A DNA stretch of 64,000 bases from an uncultured Actinomycetota bacterium. GTDB taxonomy: Bacteria > Actinomycetota > Actinomycetes > JAFAQI01. The stretch covers positions 512,001 through 576,000 of the forward strand of contig CAVYQE010000011.1 of the NCBI GenBank assembly GCA_963770565.1. The letters run 5' to 3'. The notes beneath the pieces are model-generated. The model was not told where the DNA came from, made no database searches, and was given only the letters and a program-made list of their open reading frames with translations. Every line of letters begins with the position of its first letter. The first letter of the stretch is position 1. A program made the translations under genes and the position numbers. Positions 1-9,905 of this stretch are shown piece after piece.

Positions 1-1307
1 TGCGCGGCGACCTCGTCGACCAGGAACGCGTCCGCCCGCGACCAGCGGGCCCGTGCGGTCGCCGCCGGTTGGGCGTGGTCGAGCAGCAGCTTCTGCTCGC
101 CGGCGTCGAGCACCCCATCGGCGACGTGCGCGAGCCCGTGCTCGTCGCTGAGCAGCCTGGTCACCAGGTGCTTCGGCGCGACCGCGGGCCAGTGCGTATC
201 GACGAACTCGCGAATCGGTGCCGACCGGGCCAGCCGGGTCACCCACCGGTCGTCCGGCGATCCACCGGTGCTCTCGGCCCGGCGACGAACGGTCTCCGCG
301 ATCAGGGTCGGCAGCCGCGAACGGATCACGCCGTACGGCTGGCCGGTTGCGAGCTCGCGCTGCATCAGGTCGGCGGTCTCGTCGGCCGGCAGCCGCCAGC
401 GCCGCGAGCCGACCGGGACGACCAGCGACTGGGTCGGTAGGACGATCCCGGCCCGCACCGCGGTGTCGATGACCGTGGCGAAGCGCGGATCGCCCTTCAA
501 CCGGGCCACTTCCGGACGGTCCTGGCCGCGCACGGTGACACCCGCGACCAGTTCGTCGACCACGACCTGCGCCACGTCCACCTCGCCGAGAGCCGGCAGC
601 AGCTCGCCGATGTAGGAGAGGAACGCGCGGTTCGGCCCGACCACCAGCACCCGGCTCTTCCGGAGCTGGTCGCGGTGGGTGTAGAGCAGGTACGCCGCGC
701 GGTGCAGGCCGACCGCCGTCTTTCCGGTGCCGGGCGCCCCCTGGATGCAGGTGGTCTGCGCGAGCGGGGCCCGCACCAGGTTGTCCTGGTCGGGCGCGAT
801 CGTGGCCACGATGTCGCGCATCGGTCCGACCCGCGGCCGTTCGATCTCGGCGGTGAGGATCCGGCTGTCGGAGACGCCGTGCTCGTCGCCGGCGGTGAGC
901 CGTTCGTCCTCGAGCGAGGTCAGCGTGCCGGCCGAGTGCCCGAACCGCCGCCGCATCGCGACATCCATCGGCTCGGTCGCGGTGGCTTGGTAGAACGCCA
1001 GCGACACGTCGGCGCGCCAGTCGACCACCACCACGTCGCCCGCGTCGTTGCGCACGTGCCGACGGCCGACGTGGAAGGCCTCGCCGGTCGAGTCGCGGTC
1101 GATCCGGCCGAAGAACAGCGGCACGCCGGGCACTTCGCGCAGGGCGTCGGCGCGGCGGGCGAGCTCGGACTTCAGGAACTCGGTCGAGACCGGGTCGCCG
1201 CCCTGCGGGTCGAGCGAGCGCACCGATTCGAGCATGTCGGCGAGGCATCGTCGGGCATAGCCGAGGTACTTCGCCTCGGCCGCCAGAGTGGCTTCCGGGG
1301 TGGCCAT
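1..1307 (-). CDS. HelD-like SF1 helicase / RNA polymerase recycling ATPase (runs off the window)
   Basis: Manual translation from ATG at 1307: LFFGRID..HVGRRHV..VVDWRA..FYQAT, IVATIAPDQD, Walker A QGAPGTGKTAVGLHRAAYLLY, VGPNRAFLSYIGELLPALGE. Confidence 0.85.
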   Translation of the reverse strand, partial: MATPEATLAAEAKYLGYARRCLADMLESVRSLDPQGGDPVSTEFLKSELARRADALREVPGVPLFFGRIDRDSTGEAFHVGRRHVRNDAGDVVVVDWRADVSLAFYQATATEPMDVAMRRRFGHSAGTLTSLEDERLTAGDEHGVSDSRILTAEIERPRVGPMRDIVATIAPDQDNLVRAPLAQTTCIQGAPGTGKTAVGLHRAAYLLYTHRDQLRKSRVLVVGPNRAFLSYIGELLPALGEVDVAQVVVDELVAGVTVRGQDRPEVARLKGDPRFATVIDTAVRAGIVLPTQSLVVPVGSRRWRLPADETADLMQRELATGQPYGVIRSRLPTLIAETVRRRAESTGGSPDDRWVTRLARSAPIREFVDTHWPAVAPKHLVTRLLSDEHGLAHVADGVLDAGEQKLLLDHAQPAATARARWSRADAFLVDEVAA

Positions 1308-1409
1308 CGACGTCGGTTTCGGGACTGGTTGATGAGCAGGCGACACGAGTCGAGAACTGTAGTCCTGTCCGGCGCGGCGTCCAAGCGCCATGTCGGCGTC
1401 AGGTGAATG

Positions 1410-2804
1410 TCATTCGCCCGGATGGTCGTCGTCCGGGTCGTCCGGGTCGTCCGGGTCGTCCGGGTCGTCCGACTCGTCGCCGGCGAGGCGGTATGGCGCG
1501 ATCAACCTGGTGGTGCCGGCCGGCGTGGTCCATGCGGTGTAGCCGTTAGGCAGCTTCGCGACTTTCCAGTCGGCGTGGGTCTTGCAGCGATGGTGGCGGC
1601 GGCAGCGCGGGCACATGTTCTCTTCGTCCGTTGCGCCGCCGGAGCCGTGCGCTTTCGTGTGTTCGGCGTCGCAGCGCTCCGCAGGGATCGGACAACCAGG
1701 AAAGTCGCAGGCCGGGGTGGCGGCTCGGAGGAATCGGCGCAGCACCGCCTTGGGTCGGTAGGTGGCTTGGCCGATCGCGATCAGCGCGCCGGTGTCGTCG
1801 GCGGTGAGGAAGCGGTGCCATTCGCCGTCGGCCGCGAGCTCGCGCAGGTGCTCGGCGGTGATCGGGCCGTATCCGGTCAGCTCACCCGGGTCGTCGCGGA
1901 GGCCGAGCAGGGTCTTGATCCCACCGGTCACCTGAACTGTGACCTTGCCTCGGACCGCCGGGCTGACGTCGTCGCTCGCAAGCGCCGAGGCACACAGGTC
2001 GATGAGCGCGTCGGCCCGGGCCTGGTCCATGGTCCGGCCCTCGGTCAGGGCGCCGGCCTTCACTTGCTCGCGGTCGCCGGCCTTGTAACCCTGGGCGATC
2101 TTGGTGAGCGCGTTCATCGCGGTGATCGCCGCCTCGGCCGGGACCTCCGCGTAGAGCGCAGCCATCCCGTCCGGCAACGGCCAGAATGCAACCCGCCGGT
2201 CCGCAACTGCGCGTTGCCGCTTGGCTTCCGCGGCCGTGGTGTCAGCTTTGAGGACCTCCCGGCGCAGCTTGCGCCGCCAGGCGGGGAGGTCTCGGTCGAT
2301 GTCCCAGGTGGCCATCATCGCCCGGTCGACGTCCACTCGGGCCCAGGCGGGGAGCGCGGCGGTAGCGTCGGCGACTGCCCGGGCCATCAGCCAGCTGATC
2401 GCCCCGCGCTCGAGTGCGCTCCGGACTCCCGCTAGCTCTCGGACCACGGTCCGCGCGGTGGTCAGCTCGTTCGCGGCGCTGTTCAGGGACAAGCCGGTGA
2501 CCAGCGCGACGACCTCCTGGCCGAAGTCGTCGACCCCGAACGGCCCGGACACCTGCTCGTGCTCGGTGGTCGCATCGACCATCGCCTCCGCGCGGCGCAG
2601 TGCAGTCCAGGCCGAGAACCGGTCCCAGCAGCCGAGCACCCGCTCCCGATCGGCGTCGGACAGCTCTTCCTCGCGCAGGTGATCCAGGACGGAGAGCATC
2701 CACGCCCCGGGCCGCTCCACCTCTAGATGGTCGAGCAGCTCGCCCGGGGTGGCGCCGAGCAGCACAGCGAGCTGCGCTGGTACGTCGTACTCGCTTTCGA
2801 ACAC
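1410..2804 (-). CDS. DUF222 + C-terminal HNH endonuclease (13E12/Rv1128c-like family)
   Basis: GELTGYGPI, YRPKAVLRRF, CDFPGC..CDAEH..GGATDEENMCPRCRRHHRCKTH; start placed at GTG 2804 (VFESE), 7 nt after a -10 element. Confidence 0.85.
   Translation of the reverse strand: MFESEYDVPAQLAVLLGATPGELLDHLEVERPGAWMLSVLDHLREEELSDADRERVLGCWDRFSAWTALRRAEAMVDATTEHEQVSGPFGVDDFGQEVVALVTGLSLNSAANELTTARTVVRELAGVRSALERGAISWLMARAVADATAALPAWARVDVDRAMMATWDIDRDLPAWRRKLRREVLKADTTAAEAKRQRAVADRRVAFWPLPDGMAALYAEVPAEAAITAMNALTKIAQGYKAGDREQVKAGALTEGRTMDQARADALIDLCASALASDDVSPAVRGKVTVQVTGGIKTLLGLRDDPGELTGYGPITAEHLRELAADGEWHRFLTADDTGALIAIGQATYRPKAVLRRFLRAATPACDFPGCPIPAERCDAEHTKAHGSGGATDEENMCPRCRRHHRCKTHADWKVAKLPNGYTAWTTPAGTTRLIAPYRLAGDESDDPDDPDDPDDPDDDHPGE
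1428..1471. repeat. 9-bp tandem repeat (GTCGTCCGG, about 5 copies) encoding the acidic DDP tail of the HNH protein
   Basis: gtcgtccgg repeated directly in sequence; minus-strand translation SDDPDDPDDPDDPDDD. Confidence 0.9.
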
Positions 2805-2812
2805 GTGTTCGA
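2797..2812. promoter_or_regulatory. LexA (SOS) box overlapping the start of the DUF222-HNH gene
   Basis: Perfect palindrome TCGAAC-ACGT-GTTCGA matching the actinobacterial TCGAAC-N4-GTTCGA consensus. Confidence 0.85.
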
Positions 2813-2834
2813 CGCTAACGCCTGCCACCGACAA
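2812..2834 (-). promoter_or_regulatory. PafBC-type (RecA-NDp) DNA-damage promoter
   Basis: Minus strand TTGTCGGTG-GCAGGCGT-TAGCGT fits TGTCGG-N10-TANNNT. Confidence 0.75.
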
Positions 2835-3023
2835 GAAAGGACCAGCTATCCACTGGCGCTGAGGCGCCGCCGCCCCGCGCGTGAATGCCAGAGACGAGTG
2901 GACTGGCAGGGGGCAACGCCGACCGCACACTGCTGCAGGTCGGCCGGTGGCGGAGGAGTGGGTCCACGGTGTCGGAGGGGTAGGGCAGGGTGGACCGAGA
3001 CCTGCAATGGAGAGGACACGCTG

Positions 3024-3542
3024 ATGGTCGAGGACCTGGTCGACTCCCGCCGTACCGAGCCGGCTTACGGCCTGCCCGAGCGGGCGATGCTCGAGGCCTG
3101 GCTCGAGTTCCACCGCACGACCCTGTTGCTCAAGTGCGAAGGGCTCGATGACGCGCAGCGCAAGGCCCGCCCGGTCGCGACGTCGAACCTCTCGCTGCAC
3201 GGCCTGGTCCGGCACATGGCGGAGGTGGAGCGCAACTGGTTCAGCCGGGTGCTGTCGGAGTCGGGCGCGAATCCGATCTGGTACGACCCCGACGTCGAGG
3301 ACAGCGAGATGGTGCCGCTCGACCACGCCGACTGGGCGGCGGACCTGGCTGCATGGGAGGCCGAGTGCGCGCACAGCCGGCAGGCGGCCGCGGAGCGCGG
3401 GCTCGACGACAGCGGGCGCCGGCGCAACGGCGACGTGGTGACGCTTCGCTGGATCTACGTGCACATGATCGAGGAGTATGCCCGCCACAACGGGCACGCG
3501 GACCTGATCCGCGAGCTCATCGACGGCGCCGTCGGCTGGTAG
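3024..3542 (+). CDS. DinB/DUF664 family protein (putative mycothiol transferase)
   Basis: ERAMLEAWLEFHRTTLLLKCEGL, SLHGLVRHMAEVERNWF, LRWIYVHMIEEYARHNGHADLIRELIDG; RBS AGAGGA. Confidence 0.85.
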   Translation: MVEDLVDSRRTEPAYGLPERAMLEAWLEFHRTTLLLKCEGLDDAQRKARPVATSNLSLHGLVRHMAEVERNWFSRVLSESGANPIWYDPDVEDSEMVPLDHADWAADLAAWEAECAHSRQAAAERGLDDSGRRRNGDVVTLRWIYVHMIEEYARHNGHADLIRELIDGAVGW

Positions 3543-3957
3543 CCCGGCGGCCCGGGTCGGCGAGCAGCCCGAGGCCGATCCCGAGCATCCAGACGTCCTT
3601 GCTGACTGCCATCCCGGCCGGGGTCGGCCAGACGCTGCCCGGCTTGTGCATCGTCGGCGTTCGCCAGTACATCGCCAGCAGGGCGCCGGAGAACCCCGTC
3701 AACGCGAGACCGGCCAGGCGATTGGACGTGAGCGGGTTCAGCAACAGCGCGCCGGTCGCCAGCTCACCGGTCGCCAGCATCTTCAGGAACGCAGTTGACG
3801 GGATCGGCTCGAGGACCGGGAAGGCTCCGGAGGCCATGGTGTGAACACCGGCCGCGCGCTCGGGGGTGCCGTGCCACTTCTCGAAGCTGGCATGCGCGAT
3901 GTAGGCGCCGGTGGCTACCCGGCCCGGGACGTTCCTGGCCTTGATCCGCCACCTCAT
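3517..3957 (-). CDS. DoxX-like membrane protein
   Basis: PGRVATGAYI, hydrophobic segments, PTPAGMAVSKDVWMLGIGLGL. Confidence 0.65.
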   Translation of the reverse strand: MRWRIKARNVPGRVATGAYIAHASFEKWHGTPERAAGVHTMASGAFPVLEPIPSTAFLKMLATGELATGALLLNPLTSNRLAGLALTGFSGALLAMYWRTPTMHKPGSVWPTPAGMAVSKDVWMLGIGLGLLADPGRRATSRRRRR

Positions 3958-3979
3958 CGGCAAGGTCCGGCCGAGCAAT

Positions 3980-4774
3980 TCATACGCCGGGGAAGATCCG
4001 GCGCAACACATCCAGGTCGATGCCCTCCGCCTTGAGCGGCGGCGTGTGCTCGGGATCGAGCCGACCGTAGACGAGCCGGATCAACGCCTCTGCAGGCAGC
4101 TCCAGGCCCGCTACTCCGGAGCCGGCCGCATCGTCAGGTTCGGCCGCGACGAGCGAGACGCCGTCGTCGCTTGCGGTCAGCCGCAACGAGCGACTCGGGT
4201 CGGTGGTGGTGATCGACACCTCGACCGGCTCGTCCGGTGCCTTGCCGGCCCGAGCCGCGAGCTGGCCGAGAGGGTCGATCAGCAGGTCCACACCCGCCGG
4301 TGAGAGCGTCGCGGCCGGGTCGAGTGCGACCGCGACGTCCCAGGTGTGCAGGACGTGCTCACCGAGCCGCAACCGGGCGACATCGGCGATTCGCTGATGG
4401 CCGCCGAACATCTCGAGTTCCCAGGTCTCCCGAGCGTCCTCGTCGAGCTCCTGGAGCAGCCCGAGGAACGCGGCGTCCGCGCTGAGGCTGTCCTTGGCCT
4501 GGTCGGAGGGTGTCTTGGCGTTCCACTCGTCCCAGATCGGTTGGATCTCCTCCATGCCGGGCGCCGGCGAACCGCTCGTGCCGGCCTTCACGAACAGCGC
4601 AAAGATCACCGCGCCGGACCCGAGATGGGACAGGACCTGCGCAATCGACCATTCGCCGTCGTACGACGGGGCCTCGACGGCATCGCCGCTCAGCGGAGCG
4701 ACGAGATCCGAAAGGCGCCGTTGTGATTCGCGCAGCGCTGCGAACCAGTCAAGCGTCGAAGGGGGAGAAGTCAT
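3980..4774 (-). CDS. Maleylpyruvate isomerase family mycothiol-dependent enzyme
   Basis: PSYDGEWSIAQVLSHL, RLGEHVLHTWDV motifs. Confidence 0.8.
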   Translation of the reverse strand: MTSPPSTLDWFAALRESQRRLSDLVAPLSGDAVEAPSYDGEWSIAQVLSHLGSGAVIFALFVKAGTSGSPAPGMEEIQPIWDEWNAKTPSDQAKDSLSADAAFLGLLQELDEDARETWELEMFGGHQRIADVARLRLGEHVLHTWDVAVALDPAATLSPAGVDLLIDPLGQLAARAGKAPDEPVEVSITTTDPSRSLRLTASDDGVSLVAAEPDDAAGSGVAGLELPAEALIRLVYGRLDPEHTPPLKAEGIDLDVLRRIFPGV

Positions 4775-4829
4775 GGGCCAAGGGTACTTGCGCCCGCAAC
4801 TGACAATTCGGGCGACCCCGCCGCGCGGC

Positions 4830-6254
4830 TCAGCTCGCGACGAGCGACCGTACCGCGCTCACCAGCGCGGCCAGGCCGGCCTTGGCGTCGGCGAAGTACA
4901 TCCCGGTCTTCGGGTTGGTGAACAGCTCGTTGTCGATGCCGGCGTAGCCGTGACCCATCGAGCGCTTCATCACTACGATGCTCTTCGCCTGGTCGACGTC
5001 GAGGATCGGCATCCCGGCAATCACCGAGTCGGTTCGGCGGGCGGCCGGGTTGACGACGTCGTTGGCCCCGATGACGAGCGCCACGTCCGCGCGCGCGAAC
5101 TCCGGGTTGATCTCGTCCATCTCTTTCAGCAGCGGGTAGGGCACGTTGGCTTCGGCGAGGAGGACGTTCATGTGTCCCGGCATCCGGCCCGCCACCGGAT
5201 GGATCGCGTAGGAGACGTCGACGCCGCGCTGCTCGAGCAGGTCGGCGAGGGCGGCCAACTCGTGCTGCGCCTGTGCGACCGCAAGCCCGTAGCCCGGCAC
5301 GAAGATCACCTTCTGCGCGTATGCCAGCTGGAGCGCGACATCGTCGGCCTCGACCGCCCGGACGGTCTCTCCGGCGCCGACGACGGCAACCCCGGTGCTG
5401 TCCGCAGCGCCGAACCCGCCGACGATGATGTTGCGGATCGAGCGGTTCATCGCGGTAGCCATCAGCTTGGTGAGGATGCTGCCGGAGGCACCGACCAGCG
5501 CGCCGGCGATGATCAGCACACTGTTGTCGATGACGAAGCCGGCCATCGCGACCGCGGTGCCGGTGAAGGCGTTGAGCAGCGAGATCACGACCGGCATGTC
5601 CGCGCCGCCGATCGGCATCACCATCGTCACGCCGAAGATCAGCCCGAGGACGAGGAAGGCGACGAGCGCCAGGGTCGCCCGGTGGTCGCCCCAGATCAGG
5701 TAACCGCCGCTCCCCAGCGCTCCCAGCACGAGGACCGCGTTCATCGCGCGGACTGCGGGGAAGGTCACGGGCGCGCTGGTGATGAGGCCCTGCAGCTTGC
5801 CGGCCGCGATCAGCGATCCGCTGAAGGTGACCGCGCCGATGATCACGTCCAGCACGGTCGCGACGGTGGCGCGGGTGCCGAGCTCGGCGCCGTGGATGCT
5901 GACGACCCGCACGAACTCGGTGATCGCCACCAGTGCGGCTGCACCACCGCCGGCAGCATTGAACAGACTGACCAGCTGAGGCATGTCGGTCATGTGCACG
6001 GTGCGCGCGCCGACCAACCCGGCGATGCCGCCGACCAGGATGCCCGCGACGACGATGATCCAGCCGGTGGCCGAGATCGTGCCCCGATGCGCGACGAACG
6101 CGATCGTCACGACGATGGCGAGGGTCATGCCGGCGGCCGACACCGTGTTGCCGTGCCGGGCCCGGGCGGGGGAGTTCATCAGATGCAGGCCGAGCACGAA
6201 GCAGACCGCAGAGACGAGGTACGCCAGGCGCACGACTGTGTCGAAGTCGCTCAC
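4830..6254 (-). CDS. pntB: NAD(P) transhydrogenase subunit beta
   Basis: MPQLVSLFN, PIGGADMPVVISLLNAFTG, VPGYGLAVAQAQH, IHPVAGRMPGHMNVLLAEA, IGANDVVNP. Confidence 0.97.
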   Translation of the reverse strand: MSDFDTVVRLAYLVSAVCFVLGLHLMNSPARARHGNTVSAAGMTLAIVVTIAFVAHRGTISATGWIIVVAGILVGGIAGLVGARTVHMTDMPQLVSLFNAAGGGAAALVAITEFVRVVSIHGAELGTRATVATVLDVIIGAVTFSGSLIAAGKLQGLITSAPVTFPAVRAMNAVLVLGALGSGGYLIWGDHRATLALVAFLVLGLIFGVTMVMPIGGADMPVVISLLNAFTGTAVAMAGFVIDNSVLIIAGALVGASGSILTKLMATAMNRSIRNIIVGGFGAADSTGVAVVGAGETVRAVEADDVALQLAYAQKVIFVPGYGLAVAQAQHELAALADLLEQRGVDVSYAIHPVAGRMPGHMNVLLAEANVPYPLLKEMDEINPEFARADVALVIGANDVVNPAARRTDSVIAGMPILDVDQAKSIVVMKRSMGHGYAGIDNELFTNPKTGMYFADAKAGLAALVSAVRSLVAS

Positions 6255-6577
6255 TTCGCAGGGCCGGCTTCGGAGTCGCTGGACGGGGCAGGAGCCGGTC
6301 GGCGGCGGAACATCTGCAGCATCCGGTCGGTGACGACGTACCCGCCGACGACGTTGGCGGTCGCAAAGGCCACGGCAATGAACGCCAGGATGTAGCCGAG
6401 CGGGTTGTGCGCGGTCGAGGCGGCGAGGATCGCGCCGACCAGCACCACGCCGTGGATCGAGTTGGCGCCCGACATCAGCGGCGTGTGCAGCGTCGCCGGC
6501 ACCTTGCTGATCACCTCGAACCCGACCAGCAGGCTCAGCACGAAGATGCTGAGGTCGGAGAGCAGCGCGGCGCTCAT
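6251..6577 (-). CDS. pntAB: NAD(P) transhydrogenase alpha subunit part 2
   Basis: VPATLHTPLMSGANSIHG, NVVGGYVVTDRMLQMF. Confidence 0.95.
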   Translation of the reverse strand: MSAALLSDLSIFVLSLLVGFEVISKVPATLHTPLMSGANSIHGVVLVGAILAASTAHNPLGYILAFIAVAFATANVVGGYVVTDRMLQMFRRRPAPAPSSDSEAGPAK

Positions 6578-7746
6578 GACTGACCCGGCGTTGAGCTCAG
6601 CGCGGCCACCGCGGCCGCGACGACCGGGTGTACGACGGCACCGTCGTGGGTCATGACCACACCTGCCTGGATCTCGTCGCTCAGGTCGATGCCGATCTGG
6701 CCGTCGGCGAGCAGGTGCAGCAGCAAGGCACCGATGTTTCGAGAGTAGGCGGCCGAGGCGCTGGTCGACGCCGACGACGGAAGGTCGTCGGCGCCGATGA
6801 CGGTCACCCCGTTGCTGGTCACGATCGTCTCGCCCGGCCTGGAGGTCGCCACGTTGCCGCCGAGCGGGCTGCTCGCCGCGTCGACCACCACCGAGCCGGC
6901 CCGCATGCCGTCGACCGCGGCCGCGCTGACGAGCAGAGGCGGCGTGCGGCCGGGTACTTGCGCGGTGGTGATCACGATGTCGTGTCGCTTCACGTGCGTC
7001 GCGAGCTCCTCGACCAGAGCGGCCTGCTCCTCGTCCGTGAGCGCCCTCGCATAGCCGCCCTCGCCCGCCGCCGCTGTTACCGATTCGATGTCGAGGAACG
7101 ACGCGCCGAGCGAGAGCACCTCGGTGCGGGAGTCCGGCCGGACGTCGAAGGCGCGGACCTGGGCGCCGAGCCGGCGGGCGGTCCCGATCGCCTGGAGGCC
7201 GGCGACTCCGGCGCCGAGGATGAGGACCTCCGCTGGCCGTGCGGTGCCGGCGGCCGTGACCATCATCGGGAAGTACCGGCGGAAGGTGTCCGCGGCCAGC
7301 AGCACGCTGCGGTATCCGGCCACGTTGGCCTGCGAGGTGAGCGCATCCATTCCCTGGGCCCGGCTCAACGTGCGGGGCAGGCCCTCGAGGCTGATCGCGG
7401 TGACGTCGCGGCCGGCCAGGCTGCTGGCCAGATCGTGGTCACTGAGCAGGCCGAGCAGCCCGATCAGGACCTGGCCGTCACGGAGCGTGTTCACGATCTC
7501 GGGCGCCGGTGGGCGGACACAGAGCAGGACGGAGGCGGCAGCCACCAGACCGGTGGCGTCGGCGGCGATGGTGGCGCCGGCATCCGCGTACGCCGAGTCG
7601 CTGAACCAGGACCCGTCGCCTGCACCCGCCTGGACGACGACCGCGCAGCCGGCCGCAAGGACGCGCGCGACCCCGTCCGGGTCAAGAGCGACGCGTCGCT
7701 CGCGGGGAGCCGTTTCCTTCACGACCCCGACGGTCAGCTGGTCCAT
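6574..7746 (-). CDS. pntAA: NAD(P) transhydrogenase alpha subunit part 1
   Basis: KETAPRERRVA, RAQGMDALTSQANVAGY, GAGVAGLQAI, DIVITTAQVPG. Confidence 0.95.
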   Translation of the reverse strand: MDQLTVGVVKETAPRERRVALDPDGVARVLAAGCAVVVQAGAGDGSWFSDSAYADAGATIAADATGLVAAASVLLCVRPPAPEIVNTLRDGQVLIGLLGLLSDHDLASSLAGRDVTAISLEGLPRTLSRAQGMDALTSQANVAGYRSVLLAADTFRRYFPMMVTAAGTARPAEVLILGAGVAGLQAIGTARRLGAQVRAFDVRPDSRTEVLSLGASFLDIESVTAAAGEGGYARALTDEEQAALVEELATHVKRHDIVITTAQVPGRTPPLLVSAAAVDGMRAGSVVVDAASSPLGGNVATSRPGETIVTSNGVTVIGADDLPSSASTSASAAYSRNIGALLLHLLADGQIGIDLSDEIQAGVVMTHDGAVVHPVVAAAVAALSSTPGQS

Positions 7747-8020
7747 GCACACCTCTCGCTCGGCGATCCTGGTAGCACATCATCGTCGTCGCTCACCTCG
7801 GAACCCGCACTGGGTCCGCGTCATCGGGCCGGGGTGTCGAATCGGACCGTTCCGCCACCCCGCCGAATCCGCTGCAGTAGAGTGTGCTGATACAAGTAGT
7901 TGCTGAGCCGCTCGGTGAGGACGATCTCCGGCCCGGGTTCCCGGCAACGTGAGAGCCAACGCGGATCGAGGCACGTAGCGTCACCATGCTTGCCCAGGAC
8001 AGCAGGTCTACCGCGTCGCG

Positions 8021-9883
8021 ATGAGCGCTAAGGAAACCCAGCAACGCGACCGGGTCGTCATCCGATTCGCCGGTGACTCCGGCGACGGCATGCAGTTGAC
8101 CGGCGACCGCTTCACCTCGGAGACCGCAGAGCTCGGCAACGACATCTCGACCCTTCCCGACTTCCCGGCCGAGATCCGCGCGCCGGCCGGAACCCTCGCG
8201 GGCGTGTCGGCCTTCCAGCTGCACTTCGCCGACCACGACGTGATGACCCCAGGTGACATCGCCGACGTCCTGGTCGCGATGAATCCGGCCGCGCTGAAGG
8301 CAAACCTCAGCGAGCTGCGGCCCGGCGGCGACCTGATTCTCAACACCGACGAGTTCACTTCGCGCAACCTTGCGAAGGTCGGGTACGCCGCCAACCCGGT
8401 CGACGACGACACGCTCGCGGCGTACCAGGTGCATCCGGTGCCGCTGACCTCGCTCACGGTCGAGGCGCTGAAGGACTTCGACCTCAGCCGCAAGGACGCG
8501 GAGCGGGCCAAGAACATGTTCGCGCTCGGGCTGTTGTCCTGGCTCTACAGCCGGCCGACCGAGACGACCAAGGAGTTTCTCGGCCACAAGTTCGCGAAGT
8601 CGCCGGTGCTGGCCCAGGCCAACCTGACCGCGTTCAACTCCGGCTGGAACTTCGGCGAGACCACCGAGGCGTTCACGATCCGGTACGAGGTCAAGCCCGC
8701 GGTCATGGCGCCCGGGCTCTATCGCAACATCACCGGCAACACGGCGCTGTCCTATGGCCTGCTGGCCGCGAGCCTGCAGTCGAAGCTGCCGATCTTCCTC
8801 GGCGCCTACCCGATCACGCCGGCCTCGGACATCCTGCACGAGCTGGCCAAACACAAGCGGTTCGGCGTACAGACCTTCCAGGCCGAGGACGAGATCGCCG
8901 GCATCGGCGCCGCCCTCGGGGCGTCGTTCGGCGGGGCGCTCGGCGTGACGACGACGAGCGGCCCCGGGGTCGACCTGAAGTCGGAGGCCATCGGTCTCGC
9001 GGTGACCCTCGAGCTGCCGCTGATCGTGTGCGACATCCAGCGGGCCGGCCCGTCGACCGGGATGCCGACCAAGGTCGAGCAGTCCGACCTGCTGCTGGCG
9101 ATGTTCGGCCGGCACGGCGAGGCGCCGGTGCCGATCATCGCGCCGCTGTCGCCGTCGGACTGTTTCGACGCCGCGATCGAAGCCGCCCGGATCGCGGTGA
9201 AGTACCGCACGCCGGTGTTCCTGCTCTCCGACGCCTACCTCGCCAACGGCTCCGAGCCGTGGCTGATCCCTGACGTCGAGACACTGCCGGAGCTGCCGGT
9301 CGACTTCGTCACCGAGCCGAACCACGAGGCCGCCGACGGCACCCCCGAGTTCTGGCCGTACCTCCGCGACCGTGACACCCTGGCCCGCCCCTGGGCGGTG
9401 CCGGGCACGCCGGGCCTCGAGCACCGGATCGGCGGCATCGAGAAGTCCGACGGGTCCGGCAACATCTCCTACGACCCGGCCAACCACGACTCGATGGTGC
9501 GGCTGCGCCAGGCCAAGGTCGACGGCATCGCCCGCGACATCCCGCCGCTCGCGGTCGACGACCGGGACGGCGACGCGGGCCTGCTCGTGCTCGGGTGGGG
9601 ATCGACGTACGGCCCGATCGGCGCGGCCGTCGCCATGGTGCGGGAGAGCGGCGGCAAGGTCGCGCAGGCGCACCTGCGTTACCTCAACCCGTTCCCGGCC
9701 AACACCGGCGAGGTGCTCGCCCGCTACCGCCGGGTCTTGATCCCCGAGATGAACCTCGGCCAGCTCGCGATGCTGGTCCGTAGCCGGTATCTCGTCGACG
9801 CGATCTCCTTCACCCGGGTGCGCGGCATGCCGTTCAAGGCCGACGAGCTCGCGGACGCGATCAAGGACGTGAGCGAGTCATGA
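8021..9883 (+). CDS. korA: 2-oxoacid:ferredoxin oxidoreductase alpha subunit
   Basis: VVIRFAGDSGDGMQLTG, YPITPASDILHEL, QAEDEIAG, TTTSGPG, QRAGPSTGMPTK. Confidence 0.95.
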   Translation: MSAKETQQRDRVVIRFAGDSGDGMQLTGDRFTSETAELGNDISTLPDFPAEIRAPAGTLAGVSAFQLHFADHDVMTPGDIADVLVAMNPAALKANLSELRPGGDLILNTDEFTSRNLAKVGYAANPVDDDTLAAYQVHPVPLTSLTVEALKDFDLSRKDAERAKNMFALGLLSWLYSRPTETTKEFLGHKFAKSPVLAQANLTAFNSGWNFGETTEAFTIRYEVKPAVMAPGLYRNITGNTALSYGLLAASLQSKLPIFLGAYPITPASDILHELAKHKRFGVQTFQAEDEIAGIGAALGASFGGALGVTTTSGPGVDLKSEAIGLAVTLELPLIVCDIQRAGPSTGMPTKVEQSDLLLAMFGRHGEAPVPIIAPLSPSDCFDAAIEAARIAVKYRTPVFLLSDAYLANGSEPWLIPDVETLPELPVDFVTEPNHEAADGTPEFWPYLRDRDTLARPWAVPGTPGLEHRIGGIEKSDGSGNISYDPANHDSMVRLRQAKVDGIARDIPPLAVDDRDGDAGLLVLGWGSTYGPIGAAVAMVRESGGKVAQAHLRYLNPFPANTGEVLARYRRVLIPEMNLGQLAMLVRSRYLVDAISFTRVRGMPFKADELADAIKDVSES

Positions 9884-9905
9884 GCCGAGACCTGAGCGAG
9901 GCCGA

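Noticed and set aside
1308-1409. Rifamycin-associated element upstream of the HelD-like gene (HelR hypothesis)
   Set aside because: No matching inverted repeat seen upstream.
7750-8020. Possible riboswitch or Rex operator between pnt and kor
   Set aside because: No TTGTGAA-N4-TTCACAA match and no recognisable riboswitch core; only weak hairpins.
4494-9673. Long antisense and alternative-frame ORFs (e.g. 4494-6395 +, 7793-9673 -) and similar ones across the window
   Set aside because: Shadow ORFs expected from high-GC codon bias opposite well-supported genes.
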